From the NCBI RefSeq assembly GCF_001194135.2, contig NC_068985.1, forward strand, positions 36,363,838 to 36,427,241: DNA of 63,404 bases. Reading direction: 5' to 3'. Under the pieces are notes generated by a model. The model saw only the letters and a program-made list of their open reading frames with translations, ran no database searches and was not told where the DNA came from. The position numbers and the translations under genes are program-made. The DNA comes from Octopus bimaculoides (taxonomy: Eukaryota). Each line of letters starts with the position of its first letter. Positions within the stretch are counted from its first letter, which is position 1. This document shows positions 1 to 12,460 of this stretch, in pieces.

Positions 1-86
1 TAGAAGACACTTGCCCAAGATGCCATGCAGTGGGATTGAACCCGGAACCATGTGGTTGGTAAGCAAGTTACTTACCACACAGCCAC
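1..86 (-). mobile_element. tRNA-derived SINE, family A (5' part; cut by window edge)
   Basis: Reverse complement reads GTGGCTGTGTGGTAAG...GGTTCAATCCC...CTTGGGCAAGTGTCTTCT (A and B boxes). Same family at about 4543-4695, 5445-5600, 10960-11105, 25519-25640, 33343-33495, 39355-39510, 46310-46440, 49793-49960, 50435-50590, 57914-58066 and 59425-59580. Confidence 0.8.
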
Positions 87-1189
87 TCCTCACTCGGATT
101 TTTCCAGTTTCTTTTTCACGGTTTTCGAAATGATTGGGGAAAGTTTTTATGAAAAAAAAAAAAAATTGAAAATTTATGAGGTTTTTACTTCCTCTCCTCT
201 ACACCTCCCTCTGGACCGATTCTGGCCCAATTTTTTGTTTTTGTTTTGTAATATTCACTTAAAAACGATGGGAGAAGTCTTTTCAGTAAAAATGAAAAAA
301 AACATCAGTGTCCACTCTTAGCATCATTCTTCGAAATTCATCACCATTTAGTAAATTGCCAACATCAGTAGGGGTATGATATACAATCAGCTGTTTAATT
401 ACAATTGATTTACATTTAGTTAAACATCAAGTCTTTTGACTATAATTTAACATCAACTTCAGATCTTATCAAAACAGCATCCTACTCTTGTTACCCTGCC
501 TTATTTGAAGGCTCCTCTTTGTTCAGATTTGTCCATTCTGTTAAAGCTCCTTTAGTTTTCTTATGAAATTAGGAACTCCTGTCAGCACAAGAATTGTCTA
601 AGGAGAATGCTGAATAAAAAGGTTTTGAAAAGTTTTCACATCTGCAACAATCCAAACCACCATTATGCAATGGCCTAGGTTTGTACCTAGATAAGCTCAT
701 CTGACAAATTAACATTGTATATTATCTCAAATTTTTTGTTTTACATGAAGGTCAGGCCAAAATCAGAGGATACAGGATTGCTTTTTAAAAAATAGATGTG
801 TTTTGCTATCAACATACAAGGCATTTGTATGTCTTTGATATTATTAAGAAGACTATGCAAATTTTATATCTTTGCCAAGATAGTCATTGGAATGTGAAGA
901 TCAGTTAATGATGCTATGAAGAGCAACTAATTTTGTACTAATCTAAATCGTTAATATTAATAAGTTTCACATAGATTCTCTATAAGTCTTTCAATAAAAT
1001 TCAGTACTTGGACTGGATAACACTCTTTACAATGTTCAACTTGACTTGTACACTTCTAAAAGTGCTATGAATTGCTTGAGAATTCTTTTCACAGTTATTT
1101 GTATGTTAATAGCCAACCAAAGATGGCCTCCAAAGGTGAATTGTGTATAATGTTATATGGAAAATTACAAGTGTTTTTTGGTTTCAAGT

Positions 1190-1690
1190 CAACCCTGATT
1201 GGGCTACGGCATTCCAGCAATGACTTCCTAATGCCAACCACTCTACAGTGTGTGCTGGGTGCTTTTAATGTGGCACCGCACAAGTATTTTTATGTGATAC
1301 TGGCATGAGTGCTTTTTACATGGCACCAGCACTTGCCTCTTGCAGGCCAATCCTCTTCACTAGGAGTGGCCTTAACACTTCTGCTGTGAAGGACAGGTCT
1401 TTTTGAATACAGCAAAGCGCCAGGTATTTTGGTCCTTTGTCATCTTGTGTGAAAGGTCCAGTATCCTGAAGTTGTCTTTCAGTACTTAGTCCCACATTTT
1501 CCTGTGTCTCCCTCTTCGATCTGCTTTGAGAGATCAACACTTTATGGAGCTGTTGGCATCCATCTGCATCACATGACCAAACCAGTGCAGTCCTCTCTAG
1601 TGCACTGCATCTAATTCCTCTTACACCTAACTTTTCTCTTAATGCACCAGCACTCTGTCGAACATGTACACTTACATTACACATCAAGTA
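1190..1690 (-). mobile_element. RTE-clade LINE 3' fragment, degenerate
   Basis: Minus strand encodes CNVSVHVRQS..LREKLG.RGIRCS.., the RTE ORF C-terminal region, followed by the family 3' tail motif. Confidence 0.65.
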
Positions 1691-4600
1691 AAACAAAGTT
1701 GGACAGAATTTATCTTTTGCAATAGTACAAAATTTAAAATGAGAAGTATCAACCATCTGACATATCTATCTATTTATCGTTTTCCCCCATCACAACAGCA
1801 ACAGCAATATTGTACTTAGTATTTGTTGCTTATTTTCTCATTACTTGCCTCTTACTTGGTAGATGAACCATTAATTAAGCTCTCAAATAGAGAGAAGAGG
1901 GGAATGTTTTTTGTGTGTAAATAAAAACCATGAAGTTATGTGTATCTTCTCTGGAGGATGTACTGTCAAGCTGAAGTAATACAACTTACTATAAACATTG
2001 TTATTGTGTTAATAATAACCAAGGTCTTTCGAACAGTCTTCATCTTCACAGCTTATTAGAAAATGTCTGTGTGTGTGCGTGTATGGAAATTTTGGCCTAC
2101 AATGAAAGTAGATAGATTTTCTTGGCTTCTTTACAAAATGTATTGTTTCAAGTGAATCACTCATTAACAAATTGTTATTTATCCCTCAACTCCCTGGTCA
2201 GTTCTGGTCAAGCAAACCTATGATTAAAGGCATTCCAGATATGATCATACCATCCTTTTTAAGTGTATGTAGGTCTACGTTGTCCCCTGTGTCCTTTTCT
2301 TTTCAAAATGCTAGGGTATGATTTGAGGGAAGCAAACATATAGAGACTTTCTCTTATAAGTAAAAATTCAGTTAGAAGTAAATGAATATTTAACGTTCTG
2401 CTATTTTTTCCTTTTTTTTTTTTTTTGTTATTTATTTTGGGTAACAAATATGTCTCTCTATTTGTATATTCATGTATGTATACAGTGTGCCAGGCAACAT
2501 TTTTATCTTATGTTTTGGAAAGGAGGGAAGGCAGTGTCCATGACACTTACTAAGCCTCCAAGACAGGTGGGAGGGAGGAAGATATTCTCTAACTTGAAGA
2601 CAGGCTTGAATACCTGCAACAGAATGGGCTCGGCTAAAAGCACCTAAGATGCTAGATAGTGATGTTAAGCTAACTGGCAGGTCAAGTTTACCACTCATGT
2701 TGGCCTTGATGAGATCTGAAGTCAGAACACAAAGTACTGGAACAAACACTGCAAAGCATCCTATCTGATGTTTTCATGGTTCCACCAATCCACTGCCCTG
2801 GTTTGGTATTTTTTTTTTCTATTTCTATCTTCAAAGGGTGAAAGGCAAAGTTGACCTCTGCAGGATCTGAACTCAGACTGCTGATAGTTGGAACAAATCC
2901 TGCATAGCGTTCTGTCTGACACTCTAATGATCCTGCCAATTTGCTGCCTAAACTGAAAACAACAAAACACAATGAAAATATATGATATCAGACATAAAAA
3001 CAATGTACTTCCAGAAAATAACAAGTTACACATTCAGCTAGATACATCAAGAAAACAAGCTCGTCAGCAAAACTGTCCTTGGCTCAAATGACAATATTAA
3101 TACCTCTATGGAAGTGAGTGGATGCCAGGATCAGGTAGGATATCTTGCTCCCTCAAACTATGTCCATGACAATGAATCTTTGGCCCTGTGGAGCCACTGA
3201 TCAGGCACCCTTGGACACACTCTAGATACAGCAGTCAGTCATTAGGGGGCCACATGTTGGATGTCACATGTTAATGAATATTTTCAACCATTCCTGGGTT
3301 GCAAGGGCCATGTGGGAGGGAGTGGAGCCCCACTGGAACATGCATATTCCACACACCCTAACTTACACTCTGATTCATTCACTGTTTTGAAAATGTCATG
3401 TGCTATTGAGATATACCTCTTTATATTCTCATTTTTAGTCCCTATCAAGATCAGATTTACTTTTCATTCTTCCAGGTCAATATAATAAGTAGAAGTGAAA
3501 TCCTGTGGCGAGGTCAATATAATCCACTTTAACCTTCTAAATGTGAGGCCTTGCATCCATGTTGGAAATCCATATCATTGTCATGAGTAACATTTTAGTA
3601 TATTTTAGTGTGTGTGCATGTAATTTTGGCTAAAATACAATAATAATCTCAATACTTGCCCTTTTTAAGTGTCAATAACATAGAAATTGTACAAGTATGA
3701 TGTCCTCATATCTTGAGAAACTTGTTTGCTTGGGATTTATGTTAAAGCTTGAGGAATTTGGTGTTGAACATCAAAAGATCTTGTAATGTAAGAAATTTTT
3801 TCAGTTCACCTGAGAGATATTACTAAAATTCCTTTAGGGTAATTTATGTGTATAGAGCTGCTTGTTTCAGGCTTCATTATTGAAGTTTGCATAATTTGTA
3901 TTTGTTAGTAGTAAAGATTATTTTACCCCACATGATGTTATGCAGTAATGGTATCTCAAAAACTCAAATATGTTTGTTTATACTTGCGTACATGGACGTG
4001 ATTTAATTTTCTCTTTTCCTTATATACACATTTGCACATTCTCTTGTACATATATGCATAAACCTGTGTCGTGTTCTTTCTGTTGGCTGATGGTGGAGGT
4101 GGTGGTGGTTGGAGAGCTAAATTTTCCCCAAACTTGTGTTGTGTGTGTGTGTGTATGTTTTTTTCATACATCTCTCTCTCTCTTGTGATCCTTTTGATTT
4201 TGGAGAAGTTAAACTTGTGAAACAAATAAAAGGGCTCATGGAATCTCATGTTTGACCCAAACTAAATAAATGTTAGAGTAAAAAAAGGAAAAAAAAAAGC
4301 ATTTATTGCTACAATATTAGACTTATCAGCTTATATATACATATAGTCTTAAGTTCAAATCTACTGAAAGTAATTTGATATGTATTTGAGTATTGCATTT
4401 AATTCTCTATGCCCTTGTTCACTTTTCAGTCAAGAATATGTACTAAGTAATCAAGAAATTTTACTTGTGATAGATTGGCTTTCTGTCTAGTAGGTCACCT
4501 TATCTAGTTAAGAGTCCAGAATTTAACATGCATTATAGGCTCAGGCGTGGCTGTGTAGTAAGAAGTTTGCTTTGCAACCACATAGTTTCAGTCCTAGCCT

Positions 4601-5197
4601 CACTGTGTGGTATCTTGGGCAAGTACCTTCTATAGCTTAAGCTAACCAAAGCCTTGTGAGTAGATTTAGTTGACAGAATCTTAAAGAAGCCTGTTATTAT
4701 ATGTTTGTGGTATATGTATGAGGTGGCGAGTTTGATTCCTGTATTGGGTTGTGTGTTATGTTCTTGAGCAAGACACTTTATTTCAGTTGCTCCAGTTCAC
4801 TGAGCTGTTAAAATGAGTTGCAATGTCACTGGTGCCAAGCTCTATTGGCCATTGCCTTTCTTTTGGATAACATGAGTAGCATGGAGAGGGGAGGCTGGTA
4901 TGCATGGGCAACCTCACTTGGATTTGTGCCTCAGAGTGTAACTTTCTGAGTGTAATCCCATGGGCATTCATTACTAAAGGGTTTATTTTTTTATATTTTT
5001 GTGTCTTGATATTATGTGATTGTTTTAAATGAATGCCACTAGGGAGGTAGGCTGGTCTGATGATTAATTACAAATTGATTTATTACACGCTTCTTTACTA
5101 ATTCTTCCTTCATAAGCCTAAAACTGAATTTGGACAGCTCTTTATACTTAACATTTCATCACTCTTGTAATTTTCTGTCTGTATAGAGGTTGGTTTG

Positions 5198-5314
5198 ATG
5201 AAGTTCATGGAAATGATCATAATCATAATCATTTCCATGCATGTATCGGTTGGACAGAGATTATTGAGGCAGATATTTTACAGCCAGATGTCAGGCATGT
5301 TCTTGCAGAATATT
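5198..5314 (+). CDS. SLC39A14: ZIP exon 1 (putative first coding exon, signal peptide MKFMEMIIIIIISMHVSVG-QRLL...FLQNI)
   Basis: Acceptor tatag ends 5186, ATG at 5198, donor gtaaga at 5315. Phase 0 matches the next exon. Hydrophobic N-terminus with an S-V-G/Q cleavage-like site. A second open frame exists (see findings). Confidence 0.6.
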
Positions 5315-5985
5315 GTAAGACGTCTGACACTGCTTGTATGACAGTGGCTCTCCTTTACAACTCATGTGTGGTGTCAAGACAAGGAGACACATACATATAC
5401 TCACTCATGCTTACACGTGTGTGTGTGTATGTGAGCATTGGGCTTCTTTCAGTTTCTGTCTATCAAATCTACTCACAAGGCTTTGGTTGGCCTAAGACTA
5501 TAGTAGAAAACACTTTGTCAAAGTACTACACAGTGGAACTAAATTCAAAACCATGTGGTTAGGAAGCAAACTTCTTACCACTCAACCACACCTGTGCCTA
5601 CATGGCTACACCCTCTGTTCTAAAATTTCATTTTTGCATACACTTGCAACTCTTAAAATATGACAATGAACTTTTTAATTTTGTAAAGCGGCTCATAAAA
5701 TTTGATAGTATCTTTGTCTGTATTATATAATATAACTATGAAACGATGGTACCGGTGTAGTATGTGATCTACATAGATGTTTCTGGTATGGCTTGTGATC
5801 TACATTTAAAATTCATCTATTTACTCAACTTCTGGTTGGTTTGGTATATAAACCAAAAAAAACTTTTATGATTTAAACATTTTTAGTCCTGAGCCTATTC
5901 AAAGACGTCGTGATGAGAGCTAAAGAATTAAATGTTTAACTCACTCTTCTAATTATAAGTACAAATTTATAACAAAATTTTGAAT

Positions 5986-6242
5986 ATTATTTACATTTGA
6001 TGGATATTTGTCCTCATCTTGTTTGTTGTTAACACGTTTCGGCTGATATACTCTCCAGCCTTCATCAGGTGTCTTGGGGAAATTTCGAACCTGGGTTCTC
6101 ATTCCTAAAGTATTTTTTGATATTATTATTATTATTATTATTCAGTTCACTGCCTGGAATCAAACTCGGAATCTTGGGGTTAGTAGCCTGTGCTCTTAAC
6201 CACTACGCTATATGCCTGTGGGCTGGCGTAGTGGTTAAGAGC
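5986..6242 (-). mobile_element. tRNA-head plus hammerhead-motif composite element, copy 1
   Basis: Minus strand: A box TAGCGTAGTGG, B box GTTTGATTCC, (AAT)n linker, then GACAC-CTGATGA-A-GGCTG..CAGCC-GAAAC. A 20-nt inverted copy of the head lies at 6223-6242. Homologous to 56244-56550. Confidence 0.75.
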
Positions 6243-6349
6243 CGCTATATTTTTATATATAAAAAATACAAAAATGGAACAAGAACGCAAAACGTCCAGA
6301 CAGGTAATAACAAAAAAGTGACAACAGAGCATCCAGACAGATGATACAA

Positions 6350-7750
6350 AGAAAACAAGGACGGGTCATTCAGAGTTTTCTTTCCTCAGTTGAGTTCCAG
6401 ATTATCTTTGCAATGGAGTTTGATGTAGCTACCCTCATTTGCACCTCTTACTGTGAGGTAGGTTCATCTGGGACTCTCAACAGGAAGAGGTCCAGCTTTG
6501 ATTTAAAAACGTCTACATCTACTTTGTGCAGGTTCCACAGGCTCTTGGGGAGAATATTAAAAAGCTGTGGGCCCCTGAAACCCAGGCTGTTGCAGTAACT
6601 GGTCCTGAAGTGCAATGGCGTTGCTGAGATCTTTGGCACTATGCAATGTCATCCCGTTCTGGTATTGGTGTAGCTTTCAATGCCAAAATTGGCACAATTC
6701 CTTCCAGGATTTTCCAGATGTATATTATTGCATACCTCTCCCGCTTTCTCTCCAGGGAGTAGAGTCTTAGCTGTTTCAGCCTTTCCCAGTAGCTGAGCAG
6801 TTACAAAGAGATGATCTTCTTTGGATTGCTTCAAGGTCCACTGTTAATTTCACACTGGTGGGTGACCATAGCTGTGAGCAGTAATCCAGGTGGCTGAGGA
6901 CGAATGTCCTTCAGAGGACCATCATGGTTTCCTTATCTCCGGTTCTGAATGTTCTCAGGATCCATCCAGCCAGTCGTCTACACTTTGTCGCCATCCTGGT
7001 AATGTGCACTTGGAAAGAGGTATCATCACTCATGTCAATACCCAGGTTCCTCACTGATTTATGCTCTGGGATTGAAATTCCCTGTGGATCAGTGTACTCT
7101 GTAAGTTTCATATTCAGTTTTGGACACTGGTAGCACAGGGCTTGGAGTTTTTGAGCATTAAACTGCATATTATTATCTTCAACACATCTGTAAATTGAGT
7201 CCAACTCCTGCTGCAAATGTGCAACATCGCTGGGGTTCTGTATTTTCTGTGAGACTTTTGTATCATCTGCGTAGCTTGCAAGGGTGGCTATCTGGGCACT
7301 TTAGGGCATATCTGAGAGGGCCACTATAAAAAGCAGTGGTCCCAAGACAGTGCTCTGTGGAACACCACTCACTATTTGTGTTTTCATTTTCATAGAGGTG
7401 GCTCCATTAGCCACTACTGCCTGACTCCTATCTTTCAGAAAGTCATGTTACCACTCTCCAAGTTTTCCAGCTATGCCGAGATCACACAATTTGTGGCGTA
7501 TCATACCATGATCCACTTTGTCAAAAGCTTTTTCAAAATCAGGGTATATTATGTCCACATTTGAGTTGTTGAGTAACTGCCTCAACACCCAGTCATAATG
7601 TAGTAAGAGCTGGGTCAGGCAGCTCCTACCTGGTCGAAAGCCATGCTGGGTATCACTCAGCAAGTTGTTTTCTTCAAGGAATGCGATTAGCTTCCCTCTG
7701 ACTATCTGTTCCATGACTTTGCTGATGTGTGAATTCAGAGAGGTAGGCCT
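6350..7750 (-). mobile_element. CR1-clade LINE reverse transcriptase fragment, 5'-truncated and frameshifted
   Basis: Minus strand YRPTSLNSHISKVME, QHGFRPGRSCLTQLL, DFEKAFDKVDH, VLGPLLF, YADDTK and FKSKLDLFL, spread across several frames. Confidence 0.9.
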
Positions 7751-7915
7751 ACATATATAAAGTACTAGGCTTTAAAAAAACAGTCTTGGGGTTGATTTGT
7801 TTGACTAAAACTCTTCAAGTCAGTGCTCCAGCATGGCTGCTGTGAAATGACTAAAACCAGTTAAAGAATAAAAGTGTAAAAGTATATATATATATTCTTC
7901 ATATGTGTGCAGTAA

Positions 7916-7916
<1 letters not shown>

Positions 7917-7984
<68 letters not shown>
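7917..7984. repeat. (TA)n microsatellite
   Basis: Directly visible. Other microsatellites at about 10923-10954, 17261-17289 (GA), 22029-22097, 45123-45158 (CA), 45320-45510 and 50084-50126. Confidence 0.95.
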
Positions 7985-7987
<3 letters not shown>

Positions 7988-8570
7988 TATGTATTCAGTA
8001 ATCTATCTGTCTATATATTTCATCATCATTAATGATTAATGTGTATATATATAAATAGCTAGATTGACACTGGCATACGTATGATGGACGAGTGTTCCAG
8101 TTGACTGACCACTAAAAAGACCTACTCAATGAATTACAATGTGAATAGTTGAGTACTCCACACACACTTGTATTCAGGCAGTCAGTATTACAGAGAGTGT
8201 GATGTGACTGGTTCCATAAATCTCAGACCATCCAACAAGCTTTCACAGAGTTTCCCTACAGTCAATTTCACTGTCATGTGTAAAAGGAAACTTGGCCAAG
8301 GTGCCATGCAACAGTCGGAATCAGTAACACTTGGCACCAATGCTGGATAGAAAGATTTGTAGGTGCCTGGTATTTGATTATGTCCATTTCATTCCGTATT
8401 TAAATTTTATGTTCATTTTGATTTCATCTCTTCAAGCTTGATAAAAATAAGTATCTGTTGAATTCGCACTGAGATTGATATAATCAACTTCATTATATGA
8501 GGCATGAGCACAGTAAACAAAATATATACATATATGTCATAAACACACTTGTTTACCTATTTATTTGCAG

Positions 8571-8730
8571 TGCATGAATTCCAGCAGTCTCCTCTTTCTG
8601 TACAACTTCTCCATTGACTGTAATATTACACGAGATGACCTATTGCTTCTATCACCTGCCATTCTGCACCAATTATACACCTGTAAAACTGTTCCTGTAG
8701 GTAACCAAAAGTACAACAAATCTGCTGAAG
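8571..8730 (+). CDS. SLC39A14: ZIP exon 2 (CMNSSSLL...LSPAILHQLYTC...KSAE), ectodomain
   Basis: ttatttgcag acceptor, gaag/gtatta donor. Resembles the ZIP14 segment TCFSS..FCPTILQQL..C. Confidence 0.9.
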
Positions 8731-9873
8731 GTATTATACCCAACCTTTCCATATTTTTCACTACCTTTGATATATTTTATAATTACACACATTAATTTTT
8801 ATTGATTTCTCTCCAGTCTGTCACCTGTGTTGTAAATTTACTGTGAAATATACCTACCTTGTAGTTGCAGCTGGAACAGAGGGTTTTCTGTCTAGATGTT
8901 CTTGATGCTTTGAGAGGGTAGAAACAAAGCTCTGTTTTATATAACTACTAGCCATGAACCATCTCTCTATAAGCCCATACAATATGTTCACCTTTTGAGC
9001 CTACCTCCTGCATATGTAAAATCTTAATCCACTTCCATTTTTTCTATCACTGTTCCAGTGGGCTTGTGCCCAACTCCGATCAAGCATTCCTGACTTCTCT
9101 ATTCTCCTCTCATCACTTATATTGTCTCCCCACTTCCTCAGGCTCCTTACTAACCAATATATCCTGTCCTTTCTTCTCTGAATGTTGGCTCTCTAGAATT
9201 CCCATTCAGGACATTCTTCCTGTAGCCATCAGCTTGCAACTATTCAAGAGGAACGTTAATCACATGTATCTAACCATCCTCGGAGAGTCTACAAAGGTTG
9301 TGGGCATAGTCCCTTCCTCCTAACCAAACAAATGAAAAATACAAAGTATTGGGTGGAGTACCCCGATAAACTTGTACAAACAGAAAAATGTTATTTGAGG
9401 TCAGAATAGTTGTAATGATGATAATAATTATTAGTGGTGGTGATGATAATAAAAGAAGTTATATTCAATTGTTACCATAGTTAAACCGTTTCAAAGCTGA
9501 AAATCTGACTAGATGTTACTGTCTCTGACTAGCCACACTGCAAGTTCTGTGTATTGCTTGTATTTATTTTATTATTTTTATTGAGTGTCTATAGTGGCTG
9601 AGTTAATAGGATTTCTGGCTGTCAGTTGAAAAGCCAGCACTTTGTATTCTATCACCAGCATTGTGATGTGTCCTTGAGTAAGATACATAGCTGTCCATTT
9701 AAGTGAAAGCTGATACTTCAGATCTGTACAGCTCACTATCAGAAAAAAAAAGAATGAAAGAAAAAAATACCTTTACAACTGTTTGCCTTTTGTCAACACT
9801 GATCAAGGGTAGATTTATCATCAAAGTAATTTCAGCTGTGACAATCCATCTCTTTTTCAGATGTCTAAAACTA

Positions 9874-10075
9874 CAAGGTGGTATCAAAAGGTTCCCGGAC
9901 TAGTTATGTTTAATAAAAAATAACACATTTACCTTAGTTTTAACATCATCTCCTTGAAAATAGTTACCTTGCACAGCAATACACCACTTTCAGCATTTCT
10001 GCCACTTTTGGAATCTGGCCTGGAAATTGTTTTCCCTAAGTGAGTTGAGGTCCTTCTGCGATTCACTCTTGATCT
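9874..10075 (-). mobile_element. Mariner transposon 3' end (TIR plus transposase C-terminus), degenerate
   Basis: TA followed by TIR caaggtggtatcaaaaggttcccggactagtt; minus strand FQKWQKC*KWCIAVQGNYFQGD. Confidence 0.8.
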
Positions 10076-10681
10076 CTTACTTGGAAATAGATGGGGGTTG
10101 GTGATATAACACGAAGATTATCTGAATAACTTAGCTTCAATAGATCAAGAAGAGAGAAGCTTAGAAAATAAACTATCTTTATCTACATTGCAAAATTGAA
10201 ATTAGTAACTTATAGGACATAAAACTAAAACCCACTTGTTCTTGCCACCACAAAATATTATTCTCTGGTAAAATCATGGGAAAATCAGCATGCTGATGAC
10301 TGACTGAAGAAGCCCACTTGAAAATGTAAATAAGCAAATATTACTTAGATAATATAATAAACTTCTCTCTGACTATTTTCACTTGGGAATCCCAATGCTT
10401 AAATTATAACTATCATAGATCAAAAAGGTGTATTCATAGAATGATGTTTATATTTAGTTTCAGTACACATGACCTGAACAAATGAGTTTGAGTAAAACCA
10501 TTCTACCCACCCTTTTAGTAATACATTTACTGACATGCACACCTGCACAAACACACTGATAGTAATAAACATCCACACACACACACACTACTTGTATACA
10601 TATGGAACATGTGCATAGCTACACCCTTTAAGGAGAAAAAAACTAATGTTGATTTCAGGTATTTTCAATGGTTTCTTTCAG

Positions 10682-10851
10682 CATGGGGATTTGGTTTCTT
10701 GTTTGTGACACTTATCAACCTGTGCGCTCTTTGTGGTGTGGTCGTGCTGCCAGTCATGAATACACGTGTCTATAAAAAAGTCTTGCTCTTCCTTGTTGCT
10801 TTGGCTGTGGGAAGTCTTGCAGGAAGTGGACTTCTTGTCCTAATTCCAGAG
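10682..10851 (+). CDS. SLC39A14: ZIP exon 3 (TM1-TM2, AWGFGF...LIPE)
   Basis: tttcag acceptor, gag/gtaagt donor. Phase compatible with both neighbours; typical LIV-1 TM1-2. Confidence 0.95.
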
Positions 10852-10919
10852 GTAAGTTATCAAATTTTCAATACTCTTCAAATTTATTTCCTCTTGCAGA
10901 TGTTTTTTTTATAAATGAT

Positions 10920-10959
<40 letters not shown>

Positions 10960-11126
10960 CACAGGAATGCCTGTGTTGTAAGAAACTTGCTTCCCAATTA
11001 CATTGTTTTATGTTCCGATCCACTTGGGCAAGAATCTTCTACTACGGTCCTGATCAAAGCCTTGCGAGTGGATTTGGTTATAAGAAACTGAAAGGAACCC
11101 ATCGTGTATGTGTGTGTGTATGTATG

Positions 11127-11158
<32 letters not shown>

Positions 11159-11220
11159 TAAAAGAGTGAGTAGACAAATGAAAGAATAGGGCACTTGATA
11201 CATTCAGTAGGAGTTACATG

Positions 11221-11403
11221 CATTATTTAAAACAGTTTGATTCAATTCCTTGCTACTTCAAGTTTTACAGGCCCCTAACGGGAAGACTCCTTCAGGTTTC
11301 TAGAATGTCAAATTGGCATTCAACATTCCAAAAACCTGAAGGAGTAGGCTTTCTTTTAGGGGCTTTTGAAACTTGAAGTAGCATCAAACTGTTTTAAATA
11401 ATG
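11221..11403. repeat. Imperfect fold-back (MITE-like) element
   Basis: Arms cattatttaaaacagtttgat...ctccttcaggttt.tagaatgt and acattcc.aaacctgaaggag...atcaaactgttttaaataatg are reverse complements, with indels. Confidence 0.7.
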
Positions 11404-11716
11404 TGTATGTGTTTGTGTATTTCTTTGTCCCACACCACCACTTGATGACCAATGTTGATTTGTTTATGTCCCTGTAACTTTGCAACTTGGTAAAGAGACT
11501 CATTGAATAGGTACTGGGGTCAATTTATTTGACTAGCCTAGCATGGCTGCAGTCCAATGACTGAAACAAGTAAAAGATAATATATTGAAAAAAACAAAAC
11601 AAAAAAACAAAAATAGAACAAGAACATAACAGGTGGCAAAACATGGAAAAAGGTAATATATATATATATTTGTTTTATACTTAGAAGTGATGTACATTAC
11701 CAGAAATTCCAACATA

Positions 11717-11826
11717 TCAGAAAAGGTTTTCCAAATGTGAAAATGTAATACTGCATCATTTGTGCATATGTATATATGCGCAGGTGATGCAGTATTACAT
11801 TTTCACATTTGGAAAATCTTTTCTGA
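11717..11826. repeat. Near-perfect hairpin (42-bp stem, 1 mismatch)
   Basis: 11717-11758 versus the reverse complement of 11785-11826 differ at one position. Confidence 0.85.
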
Positions 11827-11994
11827 CAAATGGAAATTTTCCACTCCTTCACAAATTTGTGGTCTTATTCTCATGTGTAAGTAGGGATAAATGATGGAAA
11901 GTTTGTGTCTCTGTAGTCCTTATATAAAAGATGTGGAAAAGATGAATGCAATTTGTTTATTTGATAGGAAATACTTCAGTTGACAGTTTTGATT

Positions 11995-12332
11995 AGAGAG
12001 CAGACTTCCTGGCTGAGGATTCGACAGTGTGACCCATTGCCTTGTTGCTGTAAGCTTGCCAAAACATGCTCGATGTCTCTGTAGCAGACTTCCAAACTTT
12101 AATGCAAAATTTCACATTGGCTCTTTGTTCCAACTTCCTGTCCGTGACAAAATTGCAGATTACAGCATACACATGAACACAAAACACAAATTTCACAACT
12201 TGCGAAATAAACACGTCACATGGCACACTGCCTCATGAAGGTCACTGCTAGCTCTCACTGCACATGCAACCATGTGCTGCCATTTGTTGGCGTGCTACAG
12301 AACTAGTCTGGGAACTTTTTGATACCATCTCA
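11995..12332 (-). mobile_element. Mariner transposon 5' end (TIR plus transposase N-terminus), degenerate
   Basis: TIR aactagtctgggaactttttgataccatctca at 12301-12332; minus strand EQRANVKFCIKVWKSATET...QAY (mariner HTH). Confidence 0.8.
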
Positions 12333-12460
12333 TTTGATGATCAAATTAAATATACCCATACCATACTGTAATGAAATAGTGGATATCAGATATTCAAAAC
12401 TGAAGTTCAAAATTAATATAAAACATCTTGATTTTGTAATTTTCTTGGTTCTCTTTCCAG

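Noticed and set aside
10304-10325. CTGAAGA...GAAA hammerhead-like words
   Set aside because: No credible helix II or helix I pairing.
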